From NCBI GenBank assembly GCA_963724765.1, contig CAVRVY010000002.1:160001-224000 (forward strand): DNA of 64,000 nucleotides, written 5' to 3'. Source of the DNA: an uncultured delta proteobacterium (GTDB taxonomy: Bacteria > Desulfobacterota > Binatia > Binatales > Binataceae). Below are positions 9,667 through 19,923 of the stretch, one piece after another. A model generated the notes under the pieces. That model saw nothing but the letters and a program-made list of their open reading frames with translations. It made no database searches and was not told the origin of the DNA. Every line of letters starts with the position of its first letter. Within the stretch, counting starts at the first letter, position 1. Made by a program: the position numbers and the translations under genes.

Positions 9667-10239
9667 CTAGTCGCGTGGCGAGGCGATGAGCTTCGTCCAG
9701 TCGTGCAGCGCGGCCTCGGTGGTGCGAAACGCGATCTCTTCCCACGGAATATCGGCGGGCGCGAAGTAGCGCACCTCGCTCGCCTCGTCGGACAGCCCGG
9801 GGCGCTCGCGGCCGGGCGTGGCGAGGTAGACCACGACCGCTGCGATCGGATTTTGCGGATCGGCGTAGATGCCGAGCAGGCGTTCGATCGTGACGTTCAT
9901 CCCGACTTCCTCGACCGTTTCACGCAGCGCCGCCGGCTTAGGCATCTCACCGAGGTCCACGTAGCCGCCGGGAAAAGTCCAGTAGCCCAGCCGCGGCGGG
10001 ATCGCGCGGCGCAGCAGCAGCACGCGGCCGGCGTCGATCACCAGGCATCCGGCGACCAGCTTGGGGCTTTGGAAATCGATATAGCCGCATCGCGAGCACA
10101 CCTTATGGCGCTTGCGGTCGGGCAGCACCATGCGCGGTTCCATCGCGCCCCCGCACAGCGCGCAGAAGCGCACGTTGGCGGGATACTGATGTTGGATTTC
10201 GTGGCGCGGCTCCACCGGACGATCGTCTTGGTCGGCCAT
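9667..10239 (-). CDS. NUDIX hydrolase with N-terminal zinc ribbon
   Basis: FCALCG...CSRCG; Nudix box PGGYVDLGEMPKPAALRETVEEVG. Confidence 0.92.
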   Translation of the reverse strand: MADQDDRPVEPRHEIQHQYPANVRFCALCGGAMEPRMVLPDRKRHKVCSRCGYIDFQSPKLVAGCLVIDAGRVLLLRRAIPPRLGYWTFPGGYVDLGEMPKPAALRETVEEVGMNVTIERLLGIYADPQNPIAAVVVYLATPGRERPGLSDEASEVRYFAPADIPWEEIAFRTTEAALHDWTKLIASPRD

Positions 10240-10316
10240 GCAGGAGAGCTTGGCGGATCGACGCGGCGTATCGCAACCACGTCGATCCGCAAATTCTTTT
10301 ACGTTCCCGAAAAAAA

Positions 10317-12920
10317 CTAGAACGTGAGGCGGCGGACCAGCGCCTCGCCGATAAGCAGGATCATCGCCGCGAGCAGCGGCCACGCCGCCATCGATTGCCG
10401 CAGCTCGTGCTCGGGGCGCGTCAAACCGACGTCGGCGGGCGACGGATTGAGCCGCCCGCCGCTGCCCGACGCGAGGCGCTCGAGCAGTGTGTAGTTGGGC
10501 TCCGGGCGCGGCAGCTCGGCGTTGATCGCGGGGCTGACCGTGTACGCGAGCGGTGGGAACGCGAGCGCCTCGGCGGTGGCTGCCTTCAGCGTGATGTTGT
10601 ATGTGCCCGGGTGCGGCGCGTCGAAGCTGCCATAAAGCTCGCCCGGGACTTCCTCGGAAAGCGCGGTCTGCACGCGGCTGCCGTCGGGGCGCGTGATGAT
10701 CGCGCTGACCAGCGCGGCTGCCGGCGCCGGACGGTCGCTATAGTTGGTGAGTCTCAGATGGATGCGGCCCTCGCGATAGCCGAGCGCGACGTCGAACTTC
10801 TGCTCTGTGGCCGCGGTCTCGGGCGTCATCCAGGAAAACACCTTGCTCCAGACCTGGCCGAAGATTCCGTCCTGCACCCACGGCGAGGACCATCGCCCGC
10901 TCGCGTCGGTGGTGACCGCGACCGCCTTGCCGGCCGCATAGCGCCAGCTCGCGATGAGTGGCTCGTGCGTGTTGGCGCGGTTGATGAAAGCGTCGAGCGT
11001 GGCCTGCGGCTTGAGTTCGGTGGCGACGAAGCCCTTGATCGCCGGGAGCTGACGGCCGCCGAGCTCCTTGAGCAGCGAATCGGGCTTCATCGTGAACGGC
11101 GTGAAATCTTTTTCGACCATCGTGGTCTCGCCGCCGTGCGATTTCACGTCCTGCAAAAACAACTCCGGCAGGTTGGCCGCGCTATCGGTCTGGTAGAAGC
11201 CGCCGCCGCCGTATTTGCTGATCGATTCGAGCAGCGGCAGATTGGCCTCCCGGCCGATCGCGATGGCGGAGATCGTCACGCCGCCCTCGCGATGCATCGA
11301 GGAGACCAGGTCGTAGTACATCGCGGCCGTGCCACCGGTCTCGCCGTCGGTCAGAACCACGACGTGCTTCACCGATGCGTTGCTGCCGGCCAGCATCCGC
11401 TCGGCCTCCTGCATCGCCGGCAGCAGGTAGGTGGTGCCGTGCGCTTTGAGCCGGTTGATCAACTCGTCGAAGTAGGGCCGGCTCTGGCTGAGCGGCGTCA
11501 GCGGGACCATCACGAACGGCTGCGAGTCAAAGCCGATGACCGCGACCAGGTCGCTGTCGGCCATCGTCTTGGTGACCGTGCGCGCCGCCGCCTTCGCGTA
11601 TTCCAGCTTATCGTTGCGCCCCATCGAGCCCGATTTGTCGATTATCAGGACGAGCGCGCGGGTGCGCTGGCGATGCTGCGGCGGCTTCATGATGACCGGC
11701 AGCGCGCGCGCAAGGGGGCTATCCTGGTAACCGCCCAGGCCGAAGCTTTCGTCGCCCCCTGCCATCGCGAGCGAGCCGCCCTCCTCGACGTAGTTGACCA
11801 GGGCCTGCTGGGCCGCGGGCGAGAGCCGCGAGCGCGGCACGTTGTTTAGCACCACCGCGTCGTAGCCCTTGAGATTGCCGCTCCAGGAGCCGCTGGGCGT
11901 GACCACGGTCGGCTCCAGGCCCATCCGATGCACGACCGATTCGAGGTACTCCGCGTCGCGCGCCGAGCCGGTCAGGATGAGCACCTTGCGCTGCGCGCCG
12001 ATCCCGACCCATCCGGTGAGCGAGTCATCCTCGGTGAAGACGTCCTGGGCCGGATTGGCGGGCTTGAAGGAGGCGGTGTACGAGGTCAGCCCGGAAGCCT
12101 CGGCATGGACCGGGAAGTCGAAGCGTTGCTGGCCGCTTTGCAAGGTGACGGCGCGCGCGTCGGTCTGGCGGCCGTTTTGGAAGATTGAGATGGTTCCGCC
12201 GACCGGAGTCGGGTTGTAATTGGTGGTGGTGACGCTGAGCGCGAACGGCTCCGACTTGGCCAGCGCCGGCGGCATCGCGAGGCCGGTGATCGCGACGTTG
12301 GGGATGCCGCGTGCGCCGGGCGGAGTGAAGATGTAAAGCCGCACTCCGGCAGAGCGGATCGCGCCGAGCGCGCGTTCCGCATTGCCACGGGTCTCCCATC
12401 CGTCGGTCACCAGGACCACCGTGCCGTCGTGCGCGGCCGGGGTGGCGGCGACCTTTTCGAGCGCCGCTTCGAGGTTGGTCGCGCCCGGCGCACAGGTGGC
12501 GCATCCGGCTGCCGCTTGGAGCTTCGCGAGCGCGCCCGCGACCGTGGTCGGCTCGGGATCGGTGGCAAAAATCACCGCCGGGTCGCCGGCGTGCAACTTT
12601 AGATCCTCGCGCAGGAGCTTGGCCGTCCACGCGCGCATCGCCGCGGTGATACTGGCCGAGGCGTCGACCACCGCCGGCCGCGTGGCGCCCTCGCTGCGCG
12701 TGACAGTTTGCGGATCGGCGAGCGCCAGCACGCATAGCGCCAGCACCGCCGCGCGCAAAAGCGGCGCGAAGAGCTTGCGCGGCGTGTCGACGCCGAACAG
12801 CGACCAGGCGAAGATCACACCGACCGCGATCAGCAGCCAGAGCGCGCCCGGATTCGCCAGCTTCACGCCGGCCAGCATGACGCGCAAGTTCCCAAGCTCC
12901 CCAAGGCTCCCGAGGTTCAT
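10317..12920 (-). CDS. vWA-domain membrane protein with class-I GATase-like domains
   Basis: MIDAS IIDKSGSM and VLTDGE; second degenerate vWA (VVDASAS...VTDGWE); YDAVVLNNV/GGDESFGLGGY GATase-like segment; N- and C-terminal TM. Confidence 0.88.
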   Translation of the reverse strand: MNLGSLGELGNLRVMLAGVKLANPGALWLLIAVGVIFAWSLFGVDTPRKLFAPLLRAAVLALCVLALADPQTVTRSEGATRPAVVDASASITAAMRAWTAKLLREDLKLHAGDPAVIFATDPEPTTVAGALAKLQAAAGCATCAPGATNLEAALEKVAATPAAHDGTVVLVTDGWETRGNAERALGAIRSAGVRLYIFTPPGARGIPNVAITGLAMPPALAKSEPFALSVTTTNYNPTPVGGTISIFQNGRQTDARAVTLQSGQQRFDFPVHAEASGLTSYTASFKPANPAQDVFTEDDSLTGWVGIGAQRKVLILTGSARDAEYLESVVHRMGLEPTVVTPSGSWSGNLKGYDAVVLNNVPRSRLSPAAQQALVNYVEEGGSLAMAGGDESFGLGGYQDSPLARALPVIMKPPQHRQRTRALVLIIDKSGSMGRNDKLEYAKAAARTVTKTMADSDLVAVIGFDSQPFVMVPLTPLSQSRPYFDELINRLKAHGTTYLLPAMQEAERMLAGSNASVKHVVVLTDGETGGTAAMYYDLVSSMHREGGVTISAIAIGREANLPLLESISKYGGGGFYQTDSAANLPELFLQDVKSHGGETTMVEKDFTPFTMKPDSLLKELGGRQLPAIKGFVATELKPQATLDAFINRANTHEPLIASWRYAAGKAVAVTTDASGRWSSPWVQDGIFGQVWSKVFSWMTPETAATEQKFDVALGYREGRIHLRLTNYSDRPAPAAALVSAIITRPDGSRVQTALSEEVPGELYGSFDAPHPGTYNITLKAATAEALAFPPLAYTVSPAINAELPRPEPNYTLLERLASGSGGRLNPSPADVGLTRPEHELRQSMAAWPLLAAMILLIGEALVRRLTF

Positions 12921-12922
12921 CG

Positions 12923-14731
12923 CTAGACCGTGACCACCCGCCGGCGGCGCCGATATGCGATCAACGCTTCAAGGATCACCAGCGCGACGATCGCGAGGAT
13001 GAAGTCGCTGGTCACTGGTGCGCGGCGCGGTGCAACTTCGGCCATCGCGGCCGAGCCGCTCGCTTCGATCTTCATTGACGGCGTGTTTTCGAGATCGGAG
13101 GCGCGCAGGTTGGCGAGGTTAACCGCGCGCTCGGATTTGGCCCCGTCTGAGGCGAGGAGCTGATAGAGGCCCTGGAAGTTGGCTCCGGTGAACAGCATCC
13201 CCGCTGTGACTTTGATCTTGCGCCCGTCGGGCGGCACGATCGCGTCGACCCCGGCCGGCACGATCCACGGATCGCCGGTATGGTAGCCCGCGGTCTCGGC
13301 GCCGAAGCCGGCCAGGTAGCTGAGCGAGTTCAGCGTCAGCACCGACATCGGGAGGTTCTGCCGCCCGAGATAGGGAAAGGGATTGAAGCCCAGGGCGACG
13401 ATACGATGGCCGGAGCGCTCGCCCGCGAGCATCAGCGCGCCGCCGCTGCCGGTGACGATCGCCTGGAGCCACGGATGCTGGCCGAGGTATTCGCTGCCGT
13501 GCAAATTGAGCAAGCGGAAATTCACCGAGTCGGTGAGCGGTCCGGTCGGCGGCCATCCGGTGATCTCGATGTTGACGGCGGGCTGAATGTTGAAGCCGAA
13601 GACCGGATCGGCGGGCGGCGGCATCACCAGCAGCGTGTTGACGGGCGGCATCTCCTTGGGGACCGCGTACTCGAAGATCGCGAGGTCGGCGGAGGCGAGG
13701 TCATTGGGCGAAAAACTGGTGGGCGACGCGACACGGACTGAGATGCCCGGCAGGCCGTCGAGGCCGGCGGCGTCGGCGGGAGTCGGGGTCACGAACAAAA
13801 TCGAAATTGACTTGACTGCGCCGGCCGTGGCCCAGGCGACGTTGTCGAGCGGAAAACCGTCGGCCGGCGTAAGCTCTGCGCGATAGACCGCGGCGGGCGC
13901 GAGGTTGGGAAATTCGATCGCGCCGATCTGCCCCGGCTCCAGGTGCGCCTGGGCATGTCCGACGGACTTGCCGTCGCCGATGATTGCGAGCTTTAAGGTT
14001 TGCGCCACGGGACTGAAGTTCGCGATTGTCAAATGGGCGTGCAGCGCGGCCTGTCCCAACAACTCGTGGCGCAGCACGAATGATCCAATCGCATAGTTGG
14101 GCAGCGGATCGCTGGTCGCGAACGTCTCGATACGCGGCGGCACAGGCGCCGCAAGCGGCCGCGCGCCGGCATAGATCACCCGGCGCAGGCGCGTGTCGGA
14201 AGCAAGCTCGCCCAGAAGCGCGCTCAGCGCGGCCTGGTCGGACGGCGTGTCGGCGGGATGCAATTGCGCCAGTGCGGCCGACGCTTCCGCGGCGCTGGCG
14301 AACGGCGGACCTTCACGATGAGGCTGCGGGGCGGTCAGGTACAGGTTGACCTCGCCCGGCCCTTCCCGGCCGAGCGCATCTTTGAGCGCCGCGCGTGCGA
14401 TGTCGAAGCGGGTGCGCCCGGGCGCTGCCGCGGCCTGCATCGCCGCCGAGTCATCGAGCACCACCGCGATAGGATTGCCCGTGCGCGTGACGTAAGGCCC
14501 CGCAATCGCCAACACCGCGAGCCCGATGATGAGCATTTCGACGAAGAACATCCAGTCCGGCCGCGGCCATCCGCCGAAGCGTTGCCCGCGCCGCGCGCGC
14601 AGCGCGCGAAAGGCCAGCACGCTCGAGACCACGACGCGGCGCGGACGCTCACGCACGAGGTAGGCAAGTGCGAGCGCCGGAATCAGCGCGAGCAGGTAAT
14701 AAAGCGCGCCTGGATTCAGGAATCCCATCAC
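12923..14731 (-). CDS. BatA N-terminal/vWA-like membrane protein
   Basis: MGFLNPGALY... BatA-type N-terminus, degenerate MIDAS VLDDSAAM, C-terminal TM. Confidence 0.82.
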   Translation of the reverse strand: MMGFLNPGALYYLLALIPALALAYLVRERPRRVVVSSVLAFRALRARRGQRFGGWPRPDWMFFVEMLIIGLAVLAIAGPYVTRTGNPIAVVLDDSAAMQAAAAPGRTRFDIARAALKDALGREGPGEVNLYLTAPQPHREGPPFASAAEASAALAQLHPADTPSDQAALSALLGELASDTRLRRVIYAGARPLAAPVPPRIETFATSDPLPNYAIGSFVLRHELLGQAALHAHLTIANFSPVAQTLKLAIIGDGKSVGHAQAHLEPGQIGAIEFPNLAPAAVYRAELTPADGFPLDNVAWATAGAVKSISILFVTPTPADAAGLDGLPGISVRVASPTSFSPNDLASADLAIFEYAVPKEMPPVNTLLVMPPPADPVFGFNIQPAVNIEITGWPPTGPLTDSVNFRLLNLHGSEYLGQHPWLQAIVTGSGGALMLAGERSGHRIVALGFNPFPYLGRQNLPMSVLTLNSLSYLAGFGAETAGYHTGDPWIVPAGVDAIVPPDGRKIKVTAGMLFTGANFQGLYQLLASDGAKSERAVNLANLRASDLENTPSMKIEASGSAAMAEVAPRRAPVTSDFILAIVALVILEALIAYRRRRRVVTV

Positions 14732-14735
14732 CCAG

Positions 14736-15638
14736 TTAATGCCGCCTTAGGCCGAAATCGGCGCTCGCGCGCAGGAAGAAGTCGTGGAAATTCAGATCGG
14801 TGGTGTAGAGCGTGTAGTGCAGGCCACGGCGCAGGCAAAACGTTCTGATCTCGCGCGACAGACGCGCCAGCGTCTGTCGATACTGCTCGCGCTCGCGGTT
14901 GCCGATCGAAGCCATCACGCGCTCGCCGCTCTCCGCATCAACCAGTTCGACGTCGCCCGCCAGCCCCGCCGCCGCCATCTCACCGCCGCCGAGAATCTGC
15001 ACCGCGGTCACGTCCATGTTGGCGGCGGTGAACAGGCCCAGTCCGCGAGTCACCGAATTTATCATCATCAGGTAGTCCGAGATCACGAAGACCTTGCCGG
15101 CGCGGCGAACCGAGACCAGCTCGCGCGCGAGCGCCGTGGCGAGGTCGAGCTGGCCGGCTGGCCGGATTGCGCCCAGGCGCTGCGCCAGTTCGACGATCCG
15201 ATGGCGGCCGTAAACGAAGCCGGGCGTGGAGGCTTTGCCGTCGCCGGCCAGCACGCGGATCATCACACGGTCGCCCTGCGCGAGCGCGACGTAGGCGAAG
15301 GCGAGCGCGGTCGCGACCGCCATCGGGAATTTGCGGTCGGCCTCGGGCAGGCCCATCGAGGCGCTGGCGTCGAGAAAGATGTAGGTGAGGAGGTCTTCCT
15401 CCTCCTTGAACAGCTTGATGTAGAGCTTGTCGGTGCGGCCGTAAAGTCCCCAGTCGATGAAGCGGTAATCGTCGCCCAGCGCGTAATGGCGGAAGTCGCT
15501 GAACTCCAGCGACGAGCCGCGCCGGGGCGAGAGATGAGCGCCCTTGCCGAGTCCCTCGAACTCGCGCCGCGTCTTGATCCGTAGATGTTCGAGCCGGGCC
15601 AGGAAGTCCGGCGTAAATTCCTCGGGCAGTCCCAGCAT
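14736..15638 (-). CDS. DUF58 domain protein
   Basis: GSSLEFSDFRHYALGDDYRFIDW, FLDASASM, VISDY. Confidence 0.93.
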   Translation of the reverse strand: MLGLPEEFTPDFLARLEHLRIKTRREFEGLGKGAHLSPRRGSSLEFSDFRHYALGDDYRFIDWGLYGRTDKLYIKLFKEEEDLLTYIFLDASASMGLPEADRKFPMAVATALAFAYVALAQGDRVMIRVLAGDGKASTPGFVYGRHRIVELAQRLGAIRPAGQLDLATALARELVSVRRAGKVFVISDYLMMINSVTRGLGLFTAANMDVTAVQILGGGEMAAAGLAGDVELVDAESGERVMASIGNREREQYRQTLARLSREIRTFCLRRGLHYTLYTTDLNFHDFFLRASADFGLRRH

Positions 15639-15644
15639 CGATAC

Positions 15645-16661
15645 TTACGCGCGCGGCTTCTTGAGCCGCTTGGTTGCCTGGTCGAGGATCGAATCGGTAC
15701 TGACGTTTTCGGCCTCGGCCTGGAAGTTGCGCAACAGCCGATGGCGCAGTGCCGGGGCCACGCCGTCGGCGACGTCGTCGTAGCTGACGCTGACGCGGCC
15801 GTCGAGCAGAGCGTTGACCTTGGCGCACAGGATGAGCGCCTGGGCGCCGCGCGGGCTCGGCCCGAAGCGCAGGTACTGCGAGACCTCGGGAATCGCGCCG
15901 GGACCGTTGGGCGTGCAGGCACCGATTATGCCGATCACGTAGCGCTCGATCGGCTCGGCCACCATCACCTCGCGCACCAGCGCTTTGAGCTGCTCGATCG
16001 CCACGGGCGCGCCGGCTATGGGAAAGATGGCCTCCGCGCTATGCATCGTGGCCCCGGTGGTGCGGTTCAGAATTTCGCGCAACTCCTCCGGCTTGGGCGA
16101 ACTCATCACGACCTTGAACAAAAAGCGGTCCATCTGCGCCTCGGGCAGCGGATAGGTGCCCTCGAGCTCGATCGGATTCTGCGTCGCCAGCACCATGAAT
16201 GGCGGCTCGAGTGGATAGGTCATGCCGAAGACCGTGACCTGTCGCTCTTCCATCGCCTCCAGCACGGCGGATTGAGTCTTGGGCGTGGCGCGGTTGATCT
16301 CGTCGCCGAGCACGACGTGGGCGAAAATCGGGCCGGGCTTGAAGTGGAACTCGCGCCGTCCATCGGCCTCGGTCAGGACCTGGGTGCCGACGATGTCGGA
16401 GGGCATCAGGTCGGGCGTGAACTGGATGCGCTTGAAGCTGAGCCCCAGGGCGTCGCTGGCGGTCTTGCACATCAGGGTCTTGCCGAGCCCGGGGACGCCT
16501 TCGATCAGGACGTGGCCGCCCACGAACAATGCGGTCAGGGTTTTGCGGACGACATCCTGATGGCCGACGATAACCTTGCCGACCTCGGCTTCGGCGCGCG
16601 CGAAAGTGCGCCGGAAATCGGCGACGCGTTCAGTTGGCGTAATTTGCGGGGCCGCTCCCAT
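15645..16661 (-). CDS. MoxR family AAA+ ATPase
   Basis: EGVPGLGKT, RIQFTPDLMPSD, DEINRATPKTQSA, ATQNPIELEGTYPLPEAQMDRF. GGAGAAGG RBS before ATG 16661. Confidence 0.96.
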   Translation of the reverse strand: MGAAPQITPTERVADFRRTFARAEAEVGKVIVGHQDVVRKTLTALFVGGHVLIEGVPGLGKTLMCKTASDALGLSFKRIQFTPDLMPSDIVGTQVLTEADGRREFHFKPGPIFAHVVLGDEINRATPKTQSAVLEAMEERQVTVFGMTYPLEPPFMVLATQNPIELEGTYPLPEAQMDRFLFKVVMSSPKPEELREILNRTTGATMHSAEAIFPIAGAPVAIEQLKALVREVMVAEPIERYVIGIIGACTPNGPGAIPEVSQYLRFGPSPRGAQALILCAKVNALLDGRVSVSYDDVADGVAPALRHRLLRNFQAEAENVSTDSILDQATKRLKKPRA

Positions 16662-16698
16662 GCCTTCTCCTTGTTCCAATTGATGCATACCGTGCGCG

Positions 16699-18213
16699 CT
16701 AGTGAATGAGATCTCTATAGCGTGGCGGCACAAGCTGACGTTCCTGGGGCGCGGCGTCAAGCCGCTCGGCCTTGAGCGGGACGTTGGCGTACGGAACGCT
16801 CGCGGTCGGCCGGTTGGTGTCGGGGACCAGTTTACCGCCGCTGGCGGAGACCACCTCGGTCGGCAGACGAAAGAGCACGTAGCGCGCGTCGCGAATCTCG
16901 ATCGCCGGTCCCTCGCCGGGTTTATAGAAGCGCGGAAAATTTTCGGCCACCGGGAATTCTCCAAGGTGAGTATCGCCGTTGCCGCCCTTTTCGTTTTTGC
17001 CGCTCTTCGAGCCGCCCGCGGGCATCTGCCCCTTGGCCGAGGTGTCCGGCCGCGGAACGTTGCCCTTGGCCGTCGCGTCGGGCTGCTGCGAGGGGCCGCC
17101 CTTTGCGTTGGGATTGTTGCCGGGCTTGAGCGCGTTGCCCTTCTCGCCCTGGCCCGGCTTGGGAGCGTTGCTGTTGGAGCCCGATGCGGTTTCGACTTGC
17201 GCTTGCGCCTTGGAGAGATCGTTGCGCAGCTCGACTATCTGTTGCTTGCCCTTGGGGCCATTGGGATTATTGCCCTGACTCTCGCCTGGACCCTGGCCCT
17301 GACCCTGACCTTTGCCTTGGCCATTGCCGCTATCCTGGCTCTGCCCGTTGCCTTGTCCGGTTCCTTTTCCGGAATTGCCCTTGCCATTCCCGCTGCCCGA
17401 GGAGTTTTTTGCGGATTGCTGGGGCGATGATCCCTGCTGTTGCTGCTTTTGCAGCTCACTCATCGCTTCGGCCAGCCGCGCGAGCTTCTCCTGGGGCGGA
17501 AGCTTTGGATTTTCGAGCGCGTTGGCGGCGGCGAGTATCTTGGAGGCAAGTTCCTTGTCGGCGGATGAGGGGGCACTCGCAAGCTGCTGGGCGGCCGCAC
17601 GAAGTTTGCGCGCTTGCAGTTGCTCCGCGGTCGGCGGCCGCACCAACGCCAACGCGGCCGCCGCGAGCGTCACGACCATGATGGCCGCGATAGGCAGCGA
17701 GCGCAGGAGCGGGCGGCGCAGCTCAAATGCGAAAGCGCCGTTGGGATCGAAGCGCTCGAGGTAGCCCGCGGCACGGCGCCATAGCAGCGGGAATAAGGGA
17801 GTCCGCTGCGCGCGCTGCGAGGCCGATTCGGCGGGGTCGGCGAGGCTTGCAAGCGTGACGATCTCCTGATGGCCGTCGACGGCTTCGTCGACGCGCTCGG
17901 CGGCATCCATGAAATCGTCCGCCTCGCGCCACGCTCGCCAAGCCGTCAGGACGCATCCGGCGAGCGCTGCCACGCCAGCAATCAGCAGGGCGATTCGCAG
18001 GCCATCGAGCCTCGCCGGCGCCAGCACGTAACCGAGGCGCTCCCACGTCGCCGGACCGATCGTTCCAAGTATGATGCGAAGCGTCGCGGCCAGGATCAAA
18101 GCAGTGAGCGCGGGAACGGCAAGCCCCAGTCCCGCGCGCAAGGCGGCGACCTGTTTGAGGCGGCGGCGCGCGGCATCGATTTGCTCGACGGGATTGATCA
18201 CGGCGGGTGTCAT
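16699..18213 (-). CDS. MoxR-associated membrane protein with coiled coil and Gly/Gln/Asn/Lys low-complexity tract
   Basis: Three TM segments, helical region, GQGQG-rich linker, C-terminal VPPRYRDLI. ATG overlaps the mltG stop. Confidence 0.8.
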   Translation of the reverse strand: MTPAVINPVEQIDAARRRLKQVAALRAGLGLAVPALTALILAATLRIILGTIGPATWERLGYVLAPARLDGLRIALLIAGVAALAGCVLTAWRAWREADDFMDAAERVDEAVDGHQEIVTLASLADPAESASQRAQRTPLFPLLWRRAAGYLERFDPNGAFAFELRRPLLRSLPIAAIMVVTLAAAALALVRPPTAEQLQARKLRAAAQQLASAPSSADKELASKILAAANALENPKLPPQEKLARLAEAMSELQKQQQQGSSPQQSAKNSSGSGNGKGNSGKGTGQGNGQSQDSGNGQGKGQGQGQGPGESQGNNPNGPKGKQQIVELRNDLSKAQAQVETASGSNSNAPKPGQGEKGNALKPGNNPNAKGGPSQQPDATAKGNVPRPDTSAKGQMPAGGSKSGKNEKGGNGDTHLGEFPVAENFPRFYKPGEGPAIEIRDARYVLFRLPTEVVSASGGKLVPDTNRPTASVPYANVPLKAERLDAAPQERQLVPPRYRDLIH

Positions 18214-19277
18214 CGCTTCGCGGCGGACGCGGATGGCAGCGCGACGTTGACTGCGGGCGCTTGTGCTTTCAGAGCGGTCCCCCGGGCGTTCAGTTTGCGC
18301 ACGATCTCGATAGCGCGTTCATGGTCGCGCAGCGTGCGCGAGAAAATATGAGTTCCGTCGTTGCGCGCAACAAAATACAGGTAATCCGTATGCGCCGGGT
18401 ATAGCGCCGCCATTATCGACGACATTCCAGGGTTTGCAATCGGTCCCGGCGGGAGTCCGGCGAACGAATACGTGTTATAGGCAGACGCAGTATGCACCGC
18501 CATCGCAGCAGGCTCAATTTCTCCGTCTGGATTATACTGGGCGGTGGGATCGGACTGAAGCGGCATCCCCAGCCTGAGGCGGTTATAAAACACGCTGGCG
18601 ATAGTCGGACGTTCTCCTGGCACCTTGGCCTCCTTCTCGATGATGGAGGCGAGGGTCACCAGCTCGTGCGCGCTCAAATTGAGCTCGAACAGCCGCTTCT
18701 CGGTGGGGGAGGGCAACGCGCTGTAGAACCGCCCCAGCATCGCGGTCAGTATCCGCCCAGTAGCTGCGTGCGGCGAAAAGCGATAGGTGGCCGGGAACAG
18801 GTAGCCCTCGGCGCCCAGCGGCTCCAGCCCCAGCGCCGCTGGCACCGGCCCCCATCGTGCGGCTGCTTCGAATTGCGCCTGGCATACGAGGCCTGCTTGC
18901 TCCAACCGCTCGGCTATCTGATGCAGCGTCGCGCCCTCGGGAATCGCCACCGTCACCACCACGAAATCCCCGTTGACCAGATGGCGCAACACGTCGGCGA
19001 CGCGCTCGCCGCCGCCGAAGGCATAGTCGCCGGGCTTGAGATTACGCCCGCCTCCGGTCAACTCGGCATAGAGCATCATCGCCCGCGCGCTGCGGACGAC
19101 GCCGGCGGAGGCGAGCCGGCGCGCCACCACGCTCAACGAATCGCCCGGATTGACCGACACGACCCTTGGCGTCGCGAATCTCGCCACCGGGGCCAGACAT
19201 GCGAAGGCAATCCACGCGGCCGCCGCGGCGACGCCAAGCCCCGTCAGAGCGGCTGCGGCCTTGAGGTATCGGCTCAC
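18210..19277 (-). CDS. mltG: Endolytic transglycosylase MltG
   Basis: EGYLFPATY, LASIIEKE, LQSDPT, YNTY..GLPPGPIANPG, YLYFVA. Confidence 0.96.
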   Translation of the reverse strand: MSRYLKAAAALTGLGVAAAAAWIAFACLAPVARFATPRVVSVNPGDSLSVVARRLASAGVVRSARAMMLYAELTGGGRNLKPGDYAFGGGERVADVLRHLVNGDFVVVTVAIPEGATLHQIAERLEQAGLVCQAQFEAAARWGPVPAALGLEPLGAEGYLFPATYRFSPHAATGRILTAMLGRFYSALPSPTEKRLFELNLSAHELVTLASIIEKEAKVPGERPTIASVFYNRLRLGMPLQSDPTAQYNPDGEIEPAAMAVHTASAYNTYSFAGLPPGPIANPGMSSIMAALYPAHTDYLYFVARNDGTHIFSRTLRDHERAIEIVRKLNARGTALKAQAPAVNVALPSASAAKR

Positions 19278-19398
19278 TGGTTCACCGGGTCACCCTCGGA
19301 AGAAATCGCACCATATTGAGCATATCGGGGCTTTCAGCAGCTTTCACAGTTTCACTTTTCACTGGCCTTGCGGAGGCCTCGTCGGGCCTGACGCGGGT

Positions 19399-19821
19399 TC
19401 ATCGCGAATTCGTCCGTGCGCGGCGGCTTTCCAGCCATCCTTCCAGAATGACCGCCGCGGCCACGGCGTCGCGCGCAGCCTTTCTCGCCGTCGGCGAGAC
19501 GGACGCTTCGCGCAGCCGTTGCTCAGCCTCGAAGCTGGTCAACCGCTCGTCAAACATCTCGACCGGAAGGCCGGTAGCCGAGCCCAGATGTTCGGCGAAA
19601 GTCCGCGCTGCGCGCGCCGACGGTCCCTCGGTGCCATCCATGTTCAGCGGCAGGCCGACGACGATAAGCGAGACATCGCGATCGGCGAGTTGGATGCGAA
19701 TCGCCTCGAGATCGTGCCTCAGCGAACGGCGTTCCATTATTCTGAGCGGATAAGCTGCCTGACCGTCACTAACGGCTAATCCTATCCGTTTTCGACCGAA
19801 ATCTATGCCTGCGAACATCAT
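19399..19821 (-). CDS. ruvX: Pre-16S rRNA nuclease YqgF/RuvX
   Basis: GIDFGRKRIGLAVSD, VVGLPLNMDG, DERLTS, DAVAAAVIL. Confidence 0.96.
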   Translation of the reverse strand: MMFAGIDFGRKRIGLAVSDGQAAYPLRIMERRSLRHDLEAIRIQLADRDVSLIVVGLPLNMDGTEGPSARAARTFAEHLGSATGLPVEMFDERLTSFEAEQRLREASVSPTARKAARDAVAAAVILEGWLESRRARTNSR

Positions 19822-19923
19822 AGCGCGCCTTAGCTCGGCTGATATCTCGTATAAGAAAAATCTGTGGAAAGAGACGTGTCATAGCGGTTGCGTATGTGAA
19901 TCGAATCTCTTAAGTTGGGCCCG

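Noticed and set aside
9085-9670. tmRNA (ssrA) next to smpB
   Set aside because: Intergenic gaps are too short and contain no tRNA-like ends
16662-16964. Long N-terminal extensions of MoxR (to 16964), MsbA-like (to 32696), SPL-like (to 42654) and CysQ (from 59333) in the ORF track
   Set aside because: They overlap upstream genes; downstream starts fit family lengths, and several have a clear RBS
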